Assembly (NCBI GenBank): GCA_963815455.1
Contig: CAWFGO010000001.1
Coordinates: forward strand, 800,001 to 864,000
Reading direction: 5' to 3'
Origin: an uncultured Verrucomicrobiae bacterium
GTDB lineage: Bacteria; Verrucomicrobiota; Verrucomicrobiia; Chthoniobacterales; UBA10450
Length of the DNA: 64,000 nt
Shown here piece by piece: positions 11,723 through 21,353 of the stretch (the stretch's first letter is position 1; every line of letters begins with the position of its first letter). The notes under the pieces were generated by a model, which saw nothing but the letters and a program-made list of their open reading frames with translations, did not search any database and was not told the origin of the DNA. The position numbers and the translations under genes were made by a program.

Positions 11723-11815
11723 GTCATTCCAAGCGAAAGCCGAGGAATCCCGCAGCAAAACGCACAGCAAATTCAACGGGATCCTTCGACTGCGCTTCGC
11801 TCCGCTCAGGATGAC
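11723..11815. repeat. GTCATC...GATGAC repeat, copy 3; overlaps the rsmI stop codon
   Basis: gtcattccaagcgaaagccgaggaatcccg...cgggatccttcgactgcgcttcgctccgctcaggatgac. Confidence 0.8.
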
Positions 11816-12480
11816 AGCGTGTTTTGCGCAATCACGAACACGATTTCACCCTTAGGCGGACGCGCCTCGTAATGAGCGAGAAGTTCGGCCGCGGTGCCCC
11901 GCCGGAATTCTTCGAATTTCTTGGTGAGCTCGCGCGCGACGCAGAGCGAGCGTTCCGGCATGATCTCGCTGCAGGCTGTGAGCGTCTTGACCAGACGATA
12001 AGGCGATTCAAAAAAAACTGTTGTCTCCTCGCGTTCGCCGGCCGCTCGCAATTCGCGTTCGCGCTGCCCACTCTTGACCGGCAGGAAGCCTCGAAAACAG
12101 AATTTCTCCATCGAAAATCCGGAACCGGCCAGGGCAGTGAGGATTGCGGAGGGCCCGGGCAATATCGTGAACGGCAGCTCGCGCCTGATGCATTCGCGAA
12201 TCAAGCGCGCGCCTGGATCGGAAAACCCGGGCATGCCGGCATCGGTGATCAACGCCACGTTTTCGCCGGCCGCGAGACGCTCGACCAACTGCGCCGTTCG
12301 CATCGCTTCGTTGTGCTGGTGATAACTCAGGAACGGTTTCTTGATCCCGAAGTGTTTTAGCAAGATTCCGGAGTGTCGTGTGTCCTCCGCCGCAACAAGA
12401 TCGACATCTTTCAAGACATCGAGCGCACGAAGCGTGATGTCGCCCAGGTTCCCAATCGGCGTGGCGACGACGTAAAGCAT
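11806..12480 (-). CDS. rsmI: 16S rRNA (cytidine1402-2'-O)-methyltransferase
   Basis: LYVVATPIGNLGDITLRA, AEDTR, DAGMPGFSDPG, FESPYR, RELTKKFEE. Confidence 0.96.
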   Translation of the reverse strand: MLYVVATPIGNLGDITLRALDVLKDVDLVAAEDTRHSGILLKHFGIKKPFLSYHQHNEAMRTAQLVERLAAGENVALITDAGMPGFSDPGARLIRECIRRELPFTILPGPSAILTALAGSGFSMEKFCFRGFLPVKSGQRERELRAAGEREETTVFFESPYRLVKTLTACSEIMPERSLCVARELTKKFEEFRRGTAAELLAHYEARPPKGEIVFVIAQNTLSS

Positions 12481-12573
12481 TCTTCATAATGCGACAGAAA
12501 GTGGGCGCGCGCCAAGGCTTCGATCCTCACCCTGTGTTGCCAGCCGATATCTGGGAATCGCGCTCTCAACTAG

Positions 12574-12602
12574 TTGACAGCGCCATGCCTCGCCCGTAGC
12601 TT
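12574..12602 (+). promoter_or_regulatory. Putative sigma70 promoter of rplM-rpsI
   Basis: TTGACA-17nt-TAGCTT. Confidence 0.6.
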
Positions 12603-12620
12603 CCGGGCCTTTTCCGTCCC

Positions 12621-13052
12621 ATGAAAACCTTTTCCGCTAAAGCCAGCGAAGTGTCGCGCAAGTGGTGGCTGATCGATGCCAGGGACCAGATTCTCGGCCA
12701 GGTCGCCGTCAAGGCCGCGACTTTATTGCGTGGAAAAGGGAAACCGATTTTGACGCCTCACGTCGATACCGGCGATTTCGTCATCGTAATTAACGCCGAC
12801 AAAGTTCGAGTCACCGGCAAAAAGGAAGAGCAAAAAAGCTACATGAGCTTTTCCGGATTCGTCGGCGGCCACAAATCCGAAAATGTTCGGGCCCGGCGCG
12901 CCCGGCATCCCGAATTGCTGATCGAACGGGCCGTGCGCGGGATGATTCCGCACAATCGGCTCGGGCGTTCGGTTTATCGCAAACTAAAAGTTTATCGAGG
13001 CGAATCGCATCCGCACACGGCCCAGCAACCCGCTCCGGTTACTTTCAAGTAA
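12621..13052 (+). CDS. rplM: 50S ribosomal protein L13
   Basis: WWLIDA, LRGKGKP, TPHVDTGD, AVRGMIP. Confidence 0.98.
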   Translation: MKTFSAKASEVSRKWWLIDARDQILGQVAVKAATLLRGKGKPILTPHVDTGDFVIVINADKVRVTGKKEEQKSYMSFSGFVGGHKSENVRARRARHPELLIERAVRGMIPHNRLGRSVYRKLKVYRGESHPHTAQQPAPVTFK

Positions 13053-13064
13053 TCCCTTTTTCCA

Positions 13065-13460
13065 ATGGCACGCTCTGAAGAATTCATCGCTACCGGTCGC
13101 CGCAAGAACTCCGTCGCGCGCATTCGCATGACGGCGGGCAGCGGCAAGATCGACATCAACGGCCGCAACTTCGAGGATTATTTCCCCACGGCGCCATTGC
13201 AGAACATCGTTCTTCAGCCGCTTCAGACTGCGAAAGCGGTGAACTCCTATGATCTCTCGATCAATGCCACCGGGGGCGGTTCGAGTGGACAAGCCGGCGC
13301 CGTCCGGTTGGCCATCTCGCGCGCCCTGCTCCAAGTGGATCCCGAGCTACGGACGATCTTGAAGGTGGAAGGTTTGCTCCGGCGCGATCCGCGCATGAAA
13401 GAGCGAAAGAAATCCGGGCAGCCTGGCGCGCGGAAGCGTTTCCAGTTCTCGAAGCGCTAA
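13065..13460 (+). CDS. rpsI: 30S ribosomal protein S9
   Basis: TGRRKNSVAR, GGGSSGQAGA, ERKKSGQPGARKRFQFSKR. Confidence 0.98.
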   Translation: MARSEEFIATGRRKNSVARIRMTAGSGKIDINGRNFEDYFPTAPLQNIVLQPLQTAKAVNSYDLSINATGGGSSGQAGAVRLAISRALLQVDPELRTILKVEGLLRRDPRMKERKKSGQPGARKRFQFSKR

Positions 13461-13467
13461 TTCTTTC

Positions 13468-13534
13468 TGTAGCGGCGGTCTCTGACCGTCGCATATTCAA
13501 CGCCCCTCTTTGCGGCTGACAAGTCGCCCCTACA
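13468..13534. repeat. Pair of GTAG-type REP hairpins (REPIN-like) between convergent genes
   Basis: tgtagcggcggtctctgaccgtcgc ... gcggctgacaagtcgcccctaca. Confidence 0.75.
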
Positions 13535-13535
13535 C

Positions 13536-14273
13536 TTATTTCGGCTTTGCCGTTGGCGCAGCGGCCGGCATTGCCGCGGGCGGCCGAGCCAGCAACGGCG
13601 GGGCCGCGGGCCGGTTGCCCGACGGCGTCGGCACCATTCCCGGCCCGGATTGCGATGCGGCGCTCGGTTTAAGGAAATGCAATTCTTGGGCCGCCTCTCG
13701 CGCCCAAAAACTGTCGCGATACTGAGTCAAAATCATTTCACACGCCAGGCGCGCATCATCGTTCCGATTCTTTGCCTTCAAGATGTGCACCCGCGAAATC
13801 AGCGCCAGCGGAGCGCTGAAGCTAGTCGGATTACTGGTCGCGATCTGCTGATACATCGCCAACGCTTCATCCGTTTTCCCCAACGATTCCAGGTTGGCCG
13901 CCATCGCCATTCGGGCCGTAGTCGCCAATTCGTGCTCGGGGTTCTTGTTCACAAAAGTCTGCAGCGTCGCGTTCGCTTCGGCGAACTTCTTTTCGGCCCG
14001 TTGACGCTCGGCCAGGAATAGATGCGCAGCCGCGCTCGCGGGCGTGTTCGAAAAACGCGCGATCACTTGTTGATAATCCGGGATGCTCTTGGCACTGGCT
14101 AGCAAAGCAGCGGCCGCCGCTTCCCGGCGATCGCTGTAAAAACGGAACCCGGCGAATCCAATGATCGCCAGCAGCGCAATAATCAGCACTGCGAAGATCT
14201 CATTACGGAATCGCAGCCAAAAAACGCGCGTTTCGAGCGCTACATCTCGGGAAGGTGGTGGTGCTGTCGGCAT
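13536..14273 (-). CDS. Membrane-anchored TPR protein (YfgM-like)
   Basis: N-terminal TM helix followed by TPR-like helical repeats and a Pro/Ala-rich tail. Confidence 0.75.
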   Translation of the reverse strand: MPTAPPPSRDVALETRVFWLRFRNEIFAVLIIALLAIIGFAGFRFYSDRREAAAAALLASAKSIPDYQQVIARFSNTPASAAAHLFLAERQRAEKKFAEANATLQTFVNKNPEHELATTARMAMAANLESLGKTDEALAMYQQIATSNPTSFSAPLALISRVHILKAKNRNDDARLACEMILTQYRDSFWAREAAQELHFLKPSAASQSGPGMVPTPSGNRPAAPPLLARPPAAMPAAAPTAKPK

Positions 14274-14422
14274 AAATTCGATCTCGATCCTACGGATGGC
14301 AGTCCCAGCCGCGCGAGCGTGCTCTTATGCCACGCGAAGCTTTTTTGCGCAAGTCCGCCAACCGAATCGCATGGATCGATATACGCTCGCCTCGGGCCCG
14401 TCCGGCGATAAAATTCCGGGAT

Positions 14423-14932
14423 ATGAATTCATTTTACGATCTTGTCGGACCATTGCTCGGTTTGGGCGTCGACCCAAAAGACCTCACCTTCTTTCAAATC
14501 TCATTGCGCGGCGTGATCGTATTTCTAGCCACCTTGATCATGATTCGCCTCGGGCACAAGCGATCGCTCGCCCGTAAGACGGCGTTTGATGCCGTGCTAA
14601 TCGTGATTGTAGCGTCCGTGCTCTCTCGCGCGATCAACGGCACCGCCGCATTTTTCGCTACGCTCGGTGGCGGTTTGGTGCTTGTTTTGGTCCACCGGCT
14701 CCTCGCCTTGATTGCCTACTACTCCCACACCGTTGGGGTGCTGATCAAAGGCAATCCGGAAGTCATTATTGAAAATGGCGACCTGATTTTCAGCACGTTG
14801 CGCCGCAATCACATCTCCCGGCACGATGTCGAAGAAGATCTGCGGCTCTCAGCCAAAACCGAGGACCTCAAGAACATCCGAGTCGGCTACGTCGAGCGCA
14901 GCGGCGACATCAGCTTCGTTGAGAAGAAATAA
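14423..14932 (+). CDS. DUF421 (YetF) family membrane protein
   Basis: RLGHKRSLARKTAFD, LIKGNPEVIIENG, VERSGDISF. Confidence 0.85.
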   Translation: MNSFYDLVGPLLGLGVDPKDLTFFQISLRGVIVFLATLIMIRLGHKRSLARKTAFDAVLIVIVASVLSRAINGTAAFFATLGGGLVLVLVHRLLALIAYYSHTVGVLIKGNPEVIIENGDLIFSTLRRNHISRHDVEEDLRLSAKTEDLKNIRVGYVERSGDISFVEKK

Positions 14933-15013
14933 CACCGATCTTCGTAGAGCCCCGGGCGGCGGCGCCCCAAAAAAAATCTGCGCCAATCTGCGAAATCTGC
15001 GGACAATATCTCC

Positions 15014-16117
15014 GTGCACCCGCACGACAAGCTTTTCACTCCCGGCCCGGTCGAGGTCTCCGCAAAAACGCTGGCGGCATTCTCGCGACCGATGATCGGT
15101 CATCGCGGCGAAGATTTTAAGAATCTTTACCGCGACATTCATCCGAAACTGCAAACGCTCTTCGGCACGAAACAGCCGGTCTTTCTTTCCAGTTCATCGG
15201 CCTGGGGCGTGATGGAAGCATCGATCCGAAATCTGGTCGGCGAGAACGGCCAGTCCGGCTCCGGACTCCTCTGCTGCATGTGCGGCGCGTTCTCCGATAA
15301 ATGGCTCGACGTCGCGAAGCGGTTGCGGCAAAAACGCCGAGCCGCTCCAAGTCGAATGGGGAAAACACATCGATCACAAAGATGTCGATGCAAAACTGGC
15401 GTCAGGAAAGTTCGACACCGTCACATTGATTCATAACGAAACCTCCACCGGCGTGATGAATCCGTTGCCGGAAATTTGCTGCGTCCTCGCCAAATATCCC
15501 GATGTCGCTCTAATCGTGGACACCGTCTCCTCCTTCTCCGCGATGAAGATCGACATGGACGCGCTCGGCATCGACGTCATGCTCACCGGCGCGCAAAAAG
15601 CGCTCGCTCTCCCACCCGGCTTTTCCCTCTTCGCCGTTTCGGAAAAGGCTTTCGCTCGTGCCGAGAAACAGAAAGATCGCGGCTACTATTTCGATTTCTT
15701 CGAGTTCAAAAAACAGCAAGCCAACTGGATGACGCCGACCACACCGAGCATCGGCCACATCTTCGCTTTGCAATCCAAGCTGGAAGAAATCTTCGAAGAA
15801 GGCCTGGAGGCGCGCTATCGATCGTCACGCAAAAACCAACGCCCTCGTCCACGATTGGGTGAAAAGAACGCGGCTTCAATTTCTTCGCCGAAGAAGGCTT
15901 CCGATCAAAAACGCTGACCTGCGTGAAAAATAATCAAGTGGCATCGACATCTTGTCGATGGTCGAAAAAGCTCCGCGAAAAACATCACCTCGTCATCGAC
16001 GCCGGCTACGGCAAACTCAAAGGCCAAACTTTCCGCCTATCCAACATGGGCGACGAAACCGAGGAAACGGTTTCCCATTTGCTCGCTTGCTTGGACGACT
16101 CGCTTTCTGGCGGTTGA
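15014..16117 (+). CDS. Class V PLP aminotransferase (alanine-glyoxylate/serine-pyruvate family), frameshifted
   Basis: KLFTPGPV, HNETSTGV, VDTVSS, TGAQKALALPPG, GYGKLKGQTFRLSNMG. Confidence 0.9.
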
Positions 16118-16168
16118 ATGACTTCGTGCCGCGCGGCAATAGACAAAGCCACCAGCCCGTTTCAAGGA

Positions 16169-19100
16169 TCAAATTTGATGGGCATCGCGCGCGGCCCTCA
16201 GTGCCTCGGAGGCTAATTTGGCGGAGTGTGCTGGATTCTCGCCGGCTGCCCGGATCGTTTCCCGAACGGCAGCTGTTAGGCGGGCCGGCAAGGGATGCTG
16301 ATTAGGTCCGAACAACGCCTTCATCCATTCAATCGCTACGGCGAAATTTCCCTCGGCGTGGGCGACTGCGATAAGTGGCCAGAGCGCCATCCAATCGAAA
16401 CCATACGGGTCCGGCATTGAATGCCAATCTTCGAGCGCTTGGGTCGCCAGCGTTCTACTCTTCGAATGATCGCCATCTTTCCAGGCGACCCAGGCAAGCG
16501 TCGCATTCGCCATCGCGATGTAATGCACCATGTCGAGTTTGGCCGCCAGCAACATCGCCCGCTTCGCGAACTCCTGGGCCGCAGATTTCGAATTCATCCC
16601 GCGATGCGCCACCGCCAGATAAATCAGAGAGCGGACTTGCAAGACAACATCGCCGATCCTCTCGGCCAATTCGAGCGCCTCATTCAGCGCCGCAACTGAC
16701 TCTTCCAGGTCTCCGTGCCAGAGCCGTACAAAACCCAGCGTAAATTTGAGATGAACCCGCTCGGCCGGATTGTCCCGCTCTTTTGCCAATTCGACTGCGC
16801 GTTCTGCGTATTCCACCGCGGTTGGTGGCGGGCTGTAATGATATTCGCTCAAGAGCGAGAGCGCTCGCATCATGAAGAATTTTGCGCGCTGCATGATCGT
16901 GCCGTGTTTTTCCACATTTGGCTCGACCTGCTCTGCCAGGGTGTTGAGCTCGTCGCATTGTCCAAGCCAGTAAAACAAATGCATTCGCTCATGCTGGATC
17001 TGCGCCCATGCATTCCACCAGCCCGTTCCGCGCGTGGGCAAATCTGACTCCAGTTCGAGTTCAGCGCGGTGCAAACCTTCAAGCGCTTTTTCGAAATCGC
17101 GACGATGAATCCAGCTTAAACCGATTTTCAGCTCCAAACGTGAGCGGGCAATTCGATCGGATTCGGCGACGAGCTTCTCTGCCTGCTCGAATTGATCTCG
17201 CGCTGGTGCGAATTCGCCGTTCAAGATCAGCACATCTCCAAGTCCTTCACGCAGAGTCGCCATCAAGGCGTCGAAAGAAGCGCCCGCCTGCGATTCAGCC
17301 TGCGCAAGAGCGGAACGATAAAAACCGATCGCTTCCAAATTTGAAAAGGTTTCGCGAGCGCGGTCGGCCGCCCGGATAAAGTAAGTGATCGCTTTATCGG
17401 GCACACCGGCTAGCTCGAAATGGCGGCCAAGAACTCCGGACAACTCAGCCAGGCGATCGGGTAGCAGCGTTTCAACCGCTTCTCCCACATGCCGGTGCCA
17501 CTCCCGGCGGGTGACCTGGAGTAGACTTTGGTAAGCGACTTCGTGCGTAATTGCGTGTTGAAAGGTGTACGTCTGATCAAACGTGGCCCTCGAACCCGCA
17601 ATTTGCTCCAAGTACACAAGATTTCGCCGACATAACTCTTCAATCGTTTCGGGCAATGCATGCTCACCCTGTTTTTTGCAGAGGTGAGCAAGAATCCCAA
17701 TTTGAAAAGTGCGCCCAATGACGGATGCGCGTTGCAGAACTCTCTTGGCTGCGGCTGGCAATGAATCAATTCGGGCGGCGATAACGGCCTGCAACGTCGG
17801 CGGAATATCCGAAATATCGTGAATCGTCATTACCCTGGCGTCTCTGACCGCCCGAACTAATTCTTCCAAAAAAAATGGGTTCCCTTCCGCCCGATTAAGA
17901 ATGGCCTGGCGCGTTTGAGAATCATCAATCTCACCCGCGGCGGCAATGAGGTCAGCGCTTTCGCGAGCCGTCAGTGCCGCGAGTTCGATGACTTGAACAC
18001 ATTTTTTCGGAAGCTGAGCCGCGAGCCGGTTGAGTCGCTCCCACACGTTGCTTTCCCGGCGATAAGCAACAACCACCAGCACGGGAGCGTTAACGACGAT
18101 CGGGGCCAAATGCTCCAGGGCCTGAAGCGATGACGGGTCCGCCCAATGCACGTCCTCCCAAACCAGAACGAGCTTTTCCCGTTGCGCTCGCGCTTCCACA
18201 TAACCTCGAAACGCCTCCAAAATCCGGGTTTGCAGAACTTCAGCGCTCAGGTGTTCGAGTCTCTCAACCCACGGTTGTTGAAGAGGCGCTTCAAGAATAC
18301 GAGCCAAATAAGGATAAATTCGTTCGACCCGGTCCGGGGCCAGCTCAAGAATATTTTCGTGGAATGTGCTGTTGATTTTGTGCGGATCTCCGCCGGGTGT
18401 TGTAGCAAGCAACGCGTGCAAGAGATCGCGCATCATTCGATAACCCGTCGTTTCTGCGTACGAAAGAGCGCGCGTTTCAGCCCAACCGGCAAATCTGCTC
18501 AGTCCACGCGTTTCTAGAACAAGGCGACTTTTCCCCAAACCAGCTTCTCCGGAAATGCAAAGCAGAGTACCGTTACCAGTCTTTAGTTGGGCAATCGCAG
18601 ACTTAATCTTTTGCAGTTCACGTTCCCGTCCGAAAAACGGCGTGCGCTTCGAGATCAGCTCGGCTGTTTTAGGTTCGACCTTCGATTCCAGTAGACGATA
18701 AACCGGAAGCGGCTCGGATTTGCCCTTGAGTTCGAGAGGCGGCAACGCCTCAAATTCGAATAGCGTAGCACCTCGGCGAAATGTTTCCGGGCCTACCAAG
18801 ATTTCATTTTCTCCACACGCATCTTCCAAACGTGCGGCGACGTTCACGGTATCGCCCATGACCGAATAATCCTGACGGCCTCGCGCGCCAACCGCCCCTG
18901 CAATCACGGCGCCAGTATTGATCCCAACGTGCAATCCGAGGCTCAAACCGCGCTCGCCGTTGAACGTTTCCAGCGCTGCGACTAGTTCGAGCGAAGTGCG
19001 CAAGGCACGCTCCGGATCGTTTTCGTGGGCAACCGGTGCGCCGAACAAAATCATAATCGCGTCGCCTAAAAACTTATCGATTGTGCCGCCGTAGCGTTGA

Positions 19101-19390
19101 ATCACGGGAACGAACCGCTCAAAGCAGGAATTAACCAGATTGCGGGCTTCTTCTGCCTCCATTTGTTCGGCCAATCGAGTAAAGCCGGAAAGATCCGCAA
19201 ACATCACTGTGACGACCTTGCGTTCGTCGTCATCGCCAGTCTCAAGCCTGGTGGAATGAAGCCTGGCCAGTTGCTCGCGTAACGCTGAGATCGCTGGATC
19301 GACGACAAAGTCGCCTAACAGGGAACGTTGCGCCTCCAGATCGGAAATTGCGCGTTCCAACTGTTCTTTTGTTGCCGGCGTGTCGGCCAT
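16169..19390 (-). CDS. Class III adenylate cyclase fused to a STAND/AAA ATPase and TPR repeats
   Basis: FADLSGFT, DKFLGDA, GINTG, DYSVMGDTVNVAARLE; Walker A GEAGLGKS; EDVHWAD; GNPFFLEEL; C-terminal helical repeats. Confidence 0.9.
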   Translation of the reverse strand: MADTPATKEQLERAISDLEAQRSLLGDFVVDPAISALREQLARLHSTRLETGDDDERKVVTVMFADLSGFTRLAEQMEAEEARNLVNSCFERFVPVIQRYGGTIDKFLGDAIMILFGAPVAHENDPERALRTSLELVAALETFNGERGLSLGLHVGINTGAVIAGAVGARGRQDYSVMGDTVNVAARLEDACGENEILVGPETFRRGATLFEFEALPPLELKGKSEPLPVYRLLESKVEPKTAELISKRTPFFGRERELQKIKSAIAQLKTGNGTLLCISGEAGLGKSRLVLETRGLSRFAGWAETRALSYAETTGYRMMRDLLHALLATTPGGDPHKINSTFHENILELAPDRVERIYPYLARILEAPLQQPWVERLEHLSAEVLQTRILEAFRGYVEARAQREKLVLVWEDVHWADPSSLQALEHLAPIVVNAPVLVVVAYRRESNVWERLNRLAAQLPKKCVQVIELAALTARESADLIAAAGEIDDSQTRQAILNRAEGNPFFLEELVRAVRDARVMTIHDISDIPPTLQAVIAARIDSLPAAAKRVLQRASVIGRTFQIGILAHLCKKQGEHALPETIEELCRRNLVYLEQIAGSRATFDQTYTFQHAITHEVAYQSLLQVTRREWHRHVGEAVETLLPDRLAELSGVLGRHFELAGVPDKAITYFIRAADRARETFSNLEAIGFYRSALAQAESQAGASFDALMATLREGLGDVLILNGEFAPARDQFEQAEKLVAESDRIARSRLELKIGLSWIHRRDFEKALEGLHRAELELESDLPTRGTGWWNAWAQIQHERMHLFYWLGQCDELNTLAEQVEPNVEKHGTIMQRAKFFMMRALSLLSEYHYSPPPTAVEYAERAVELAKERDNPAERVHLKFTLGFVRLWHGDLEESVAALNEALELAERIGDVVLQVRSLIYLAVAHRGMNSKSAAQEFAKRAMLLAAKLDMVHYIAMANATLAWVAWKDGDHSKSRTLATQALEDWHSMPDPYGFDWMALWPLIAVAHAEGNFAVAIEWMKALFGPNQHPLPARLTAAVRETIRAAGENPAHSAKLASEALRAARDAHQI

Positions 19391-19513
19391 GTGGCGAGAA
19401 GGTTTGTCGGATGCTACCCGATCCGCGCCTAAGTTTGAATCTCGTTTGTGCTGGTAACGACCGCCAGAAGAAGAGAAGGGCGCCTTCGTTTCCGAAAGCG
19501 CCCTTCATATTTA

Positions 19514-20027
19514 GATGGCGGTAAGCCGAATTCTGTCCTCCGAATTTCTTCGGAGCGATGATCATTTATCTCACCCCGCCGAGGCGGGACGCCCGGCGAA
19601 ACCGTGACCGGCGGTCAGCAGCCTTCGCATAAAGCTACGGCTTGCCAAGTAGACCGCCGCTACAGCATGGCCATGATGCGACGATACCCGAGGATCATGA
19701 CCCCGAATTTCTTCGGGGCAGGCGGACCGGCTGTCCTCCCTCTGTTTTGTCTTGCACCGCATGGGGTTTTTCGTGCCTCGCGAATTACTCCGCGAGCGGT
19801 GAGCTCTTACCTCGCCTTTTCACCCTTGCCGTTTCCCAGACACGGGAAGCTGTCAGCTTCCCCTACAGTTGTAGTTGCCAAAGAACCGGCGGTCTTTTTT
19901 CTGTGACACTTTCCGTCACCGCGATTTTTCAACCGTGATGCCCGCGTATTCTACGCGGCATGCTGCCGTATGGTGTTCGGACTTTCCTCTGGCAAATCTT
20001 GCGATTCACCAGCGATCATCTGCCATC
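19514..20027 (-). ncRNA. rnpB: RNase P RNA (type A), unusually long (about 514 nt)
   Basis: Minus strand: GAGGAAAGTCCG, AGTGTCACAGAAAA, GGGTGAAAAGG, GGTAAGAG, AAACCCC, GCAAG, AGATAAATGA, ACAGAATTCGGCTTA; P1 gatggc/gccatc. Confidence 0.95.
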
Positions 20028-20070
20028 GGCGCATAGTTTAGCACAATCGGTACCGTCGGAAAGGAACAGA

Positions 20071-20712
20071 TCACCCGGCTTTCGAAACACGAGAGGCGCG
20101 CCAGTTGAGTACCGCATAAATGAGATGATAAACGCCGAAGCTAAGGCCCATGAGCGCTGTTGGGACGCCGTCGATCCATTCCTCGATTCTGTTGGCTAGC
20201 ACCGGCACGCTCAGACCGGTTAGAAGGAACGCCCAACCCAGAAGCGCCACTGGTCTCGGAGCGAAAAACGCAGTCGATAGCAGAATCAATCCGTAAAATA
20301 CGATCCAGACTGTGACGAGATCGAGTTCCGTCCCGCCGAGATAGCCGGTAGCAAAGAACCAGCTGGTGAATGCGGCCGGGATCAATGCAAACGGCGCGAC
20401 CGTTCGAAATGTGAGGGTCATCCGCGCCGAGCTGTCGTCGTTCGCGCGGACGGCCCGCTTCAGGAGCCAGGCCGCAATGACAATCGTGAGAAAGAGGACG
20501 TCGAGCCAGGCAAAGGCGAATTCGCGCGGTCGTATGGTCCGATCGAGAAAACGACTGACTTCGTCGTTTACGTAAATCGCACCCGCAGTTAGGATCGACA
20601 GGCCTCCACCGATCAATGCGGCACGGGCAAATATTCCGCGATAAATTTCGCCGCGCGCGACCAATCCACGAATCGTCGCAAGATTTTGCTCAGCCTTTTG
20701 CGTTTCGTTCAT
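20071..20712 (-). CDS. Hypothetical multi-pass membrane protein
   Basis: AEQNLATIRGLV start, about 6 hydrophobic helices, FGVYHLIY end. Confidence 0.7.
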   Translation of the reverse strand: MNETQKAEQNLATIRGLVARGEIYRGIFARAALIGGGLSILTAGAIYVNDEVSRFLDRTIRPREFAFAWLDVLFLTIVIAAWLLKRAVRANDDSSARMTLTFRTVAPFALIPAAFTSWFFATGYLGGTELDLVTVWIVFYGLILLSTAFFAPRPVALLGWAFLLTGLSVPVLANRIEEWIDGVPTALMGLSFGVYHLIYAVLNWRASRVSKAG

Positions 20713-20714
20713 GA

Positions 20715-21203
20715 TTAAAAAGGCGCAGGTGCAGTCATGAGGAAAATGACGATCATGGCAAGCCCGATCAGCAGTTTGCCGACCATCCCGGAGAGATTTC
20801 CAAGTAAACTGCCCCAGCCCGCGCGGCCGGCGTCGATCATTTTTTTTCCGGCAATGAACTCACCGGCGATCGCGCCGATCACCGGCCCAAGGAACAAACC
20901 AATGAGGCCAAAGAACAATCCGACAATCGCGCCAAGGATCGCGCCGAATGTTCCCCATCGGGTGGCCCCGAAATATTTCGCGCCGTAATAACCACCCAAA
21001 AAATCGATCGCATAGGTCACGAGGGTCATCAGAACCAGCACCGCGATCACGCTCCAGCCAATGCTTTTCTCCGGGCCGAGCATTACCCGGTGGATGACCG
21101 CGCCGGCCAGAATGATGGTCGTGCCTGGCAAGAACGGCGCGACAGTGCCGATCAATCCGACGGCAAATAGCACCAGCGTGAAGAACCACCAGAAGAGTTC
21201 CAT
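20715..21203 (-). CDS. DUF456 family membrane protein
   Basis: GLIGTVAPFLPG, GAKYFGATRWG, GPVIGAIAGE. Confidence 0.88.
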   Translation of the reverse strand: MELFWWFFTLVLFAVGLIGTVAPFLPGTTIILAGAVIHRVMLGPEKSIGWSVIAVLVLMTLVTYAIDFLGGYYGAKYFGATRWGTFGAILGAIVGLFFGLIGLFLGPVIGAIAGEFIAGKKMIDAGRAGWGSLLGNLSGMVGKLLIGLAMIVIFLMTAPAPF

Positions 21204-21289
21204 TGGGTCCGTAAATCGTGAATGGTGAATCGAGAATCGACAAGGTTTCGATGCAACGATTCAACGATGTAACGAATTTCGATCTCCCT

Positions 21290-21317
21290 TTGACCCCGCC
21301 GATGTCGATCCTATACT
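21290..21317 (+). promoter_or_regulatory. Putative sigma70 promoter of the peroxiredoxin
   Basis: TTGACC-16nt-TATACT. Confidence 0.55.
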
Positions 21318-21353
21318 GAAAGTCCCCCGTTAAATTCAACCGGAGGATTATTT

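Noticed and set aside
16117..19514. Island integrated at the rnpB 3' end
   Set aside because: No direct repeat of the rnpB end near 16120-16170 and no recombinase.
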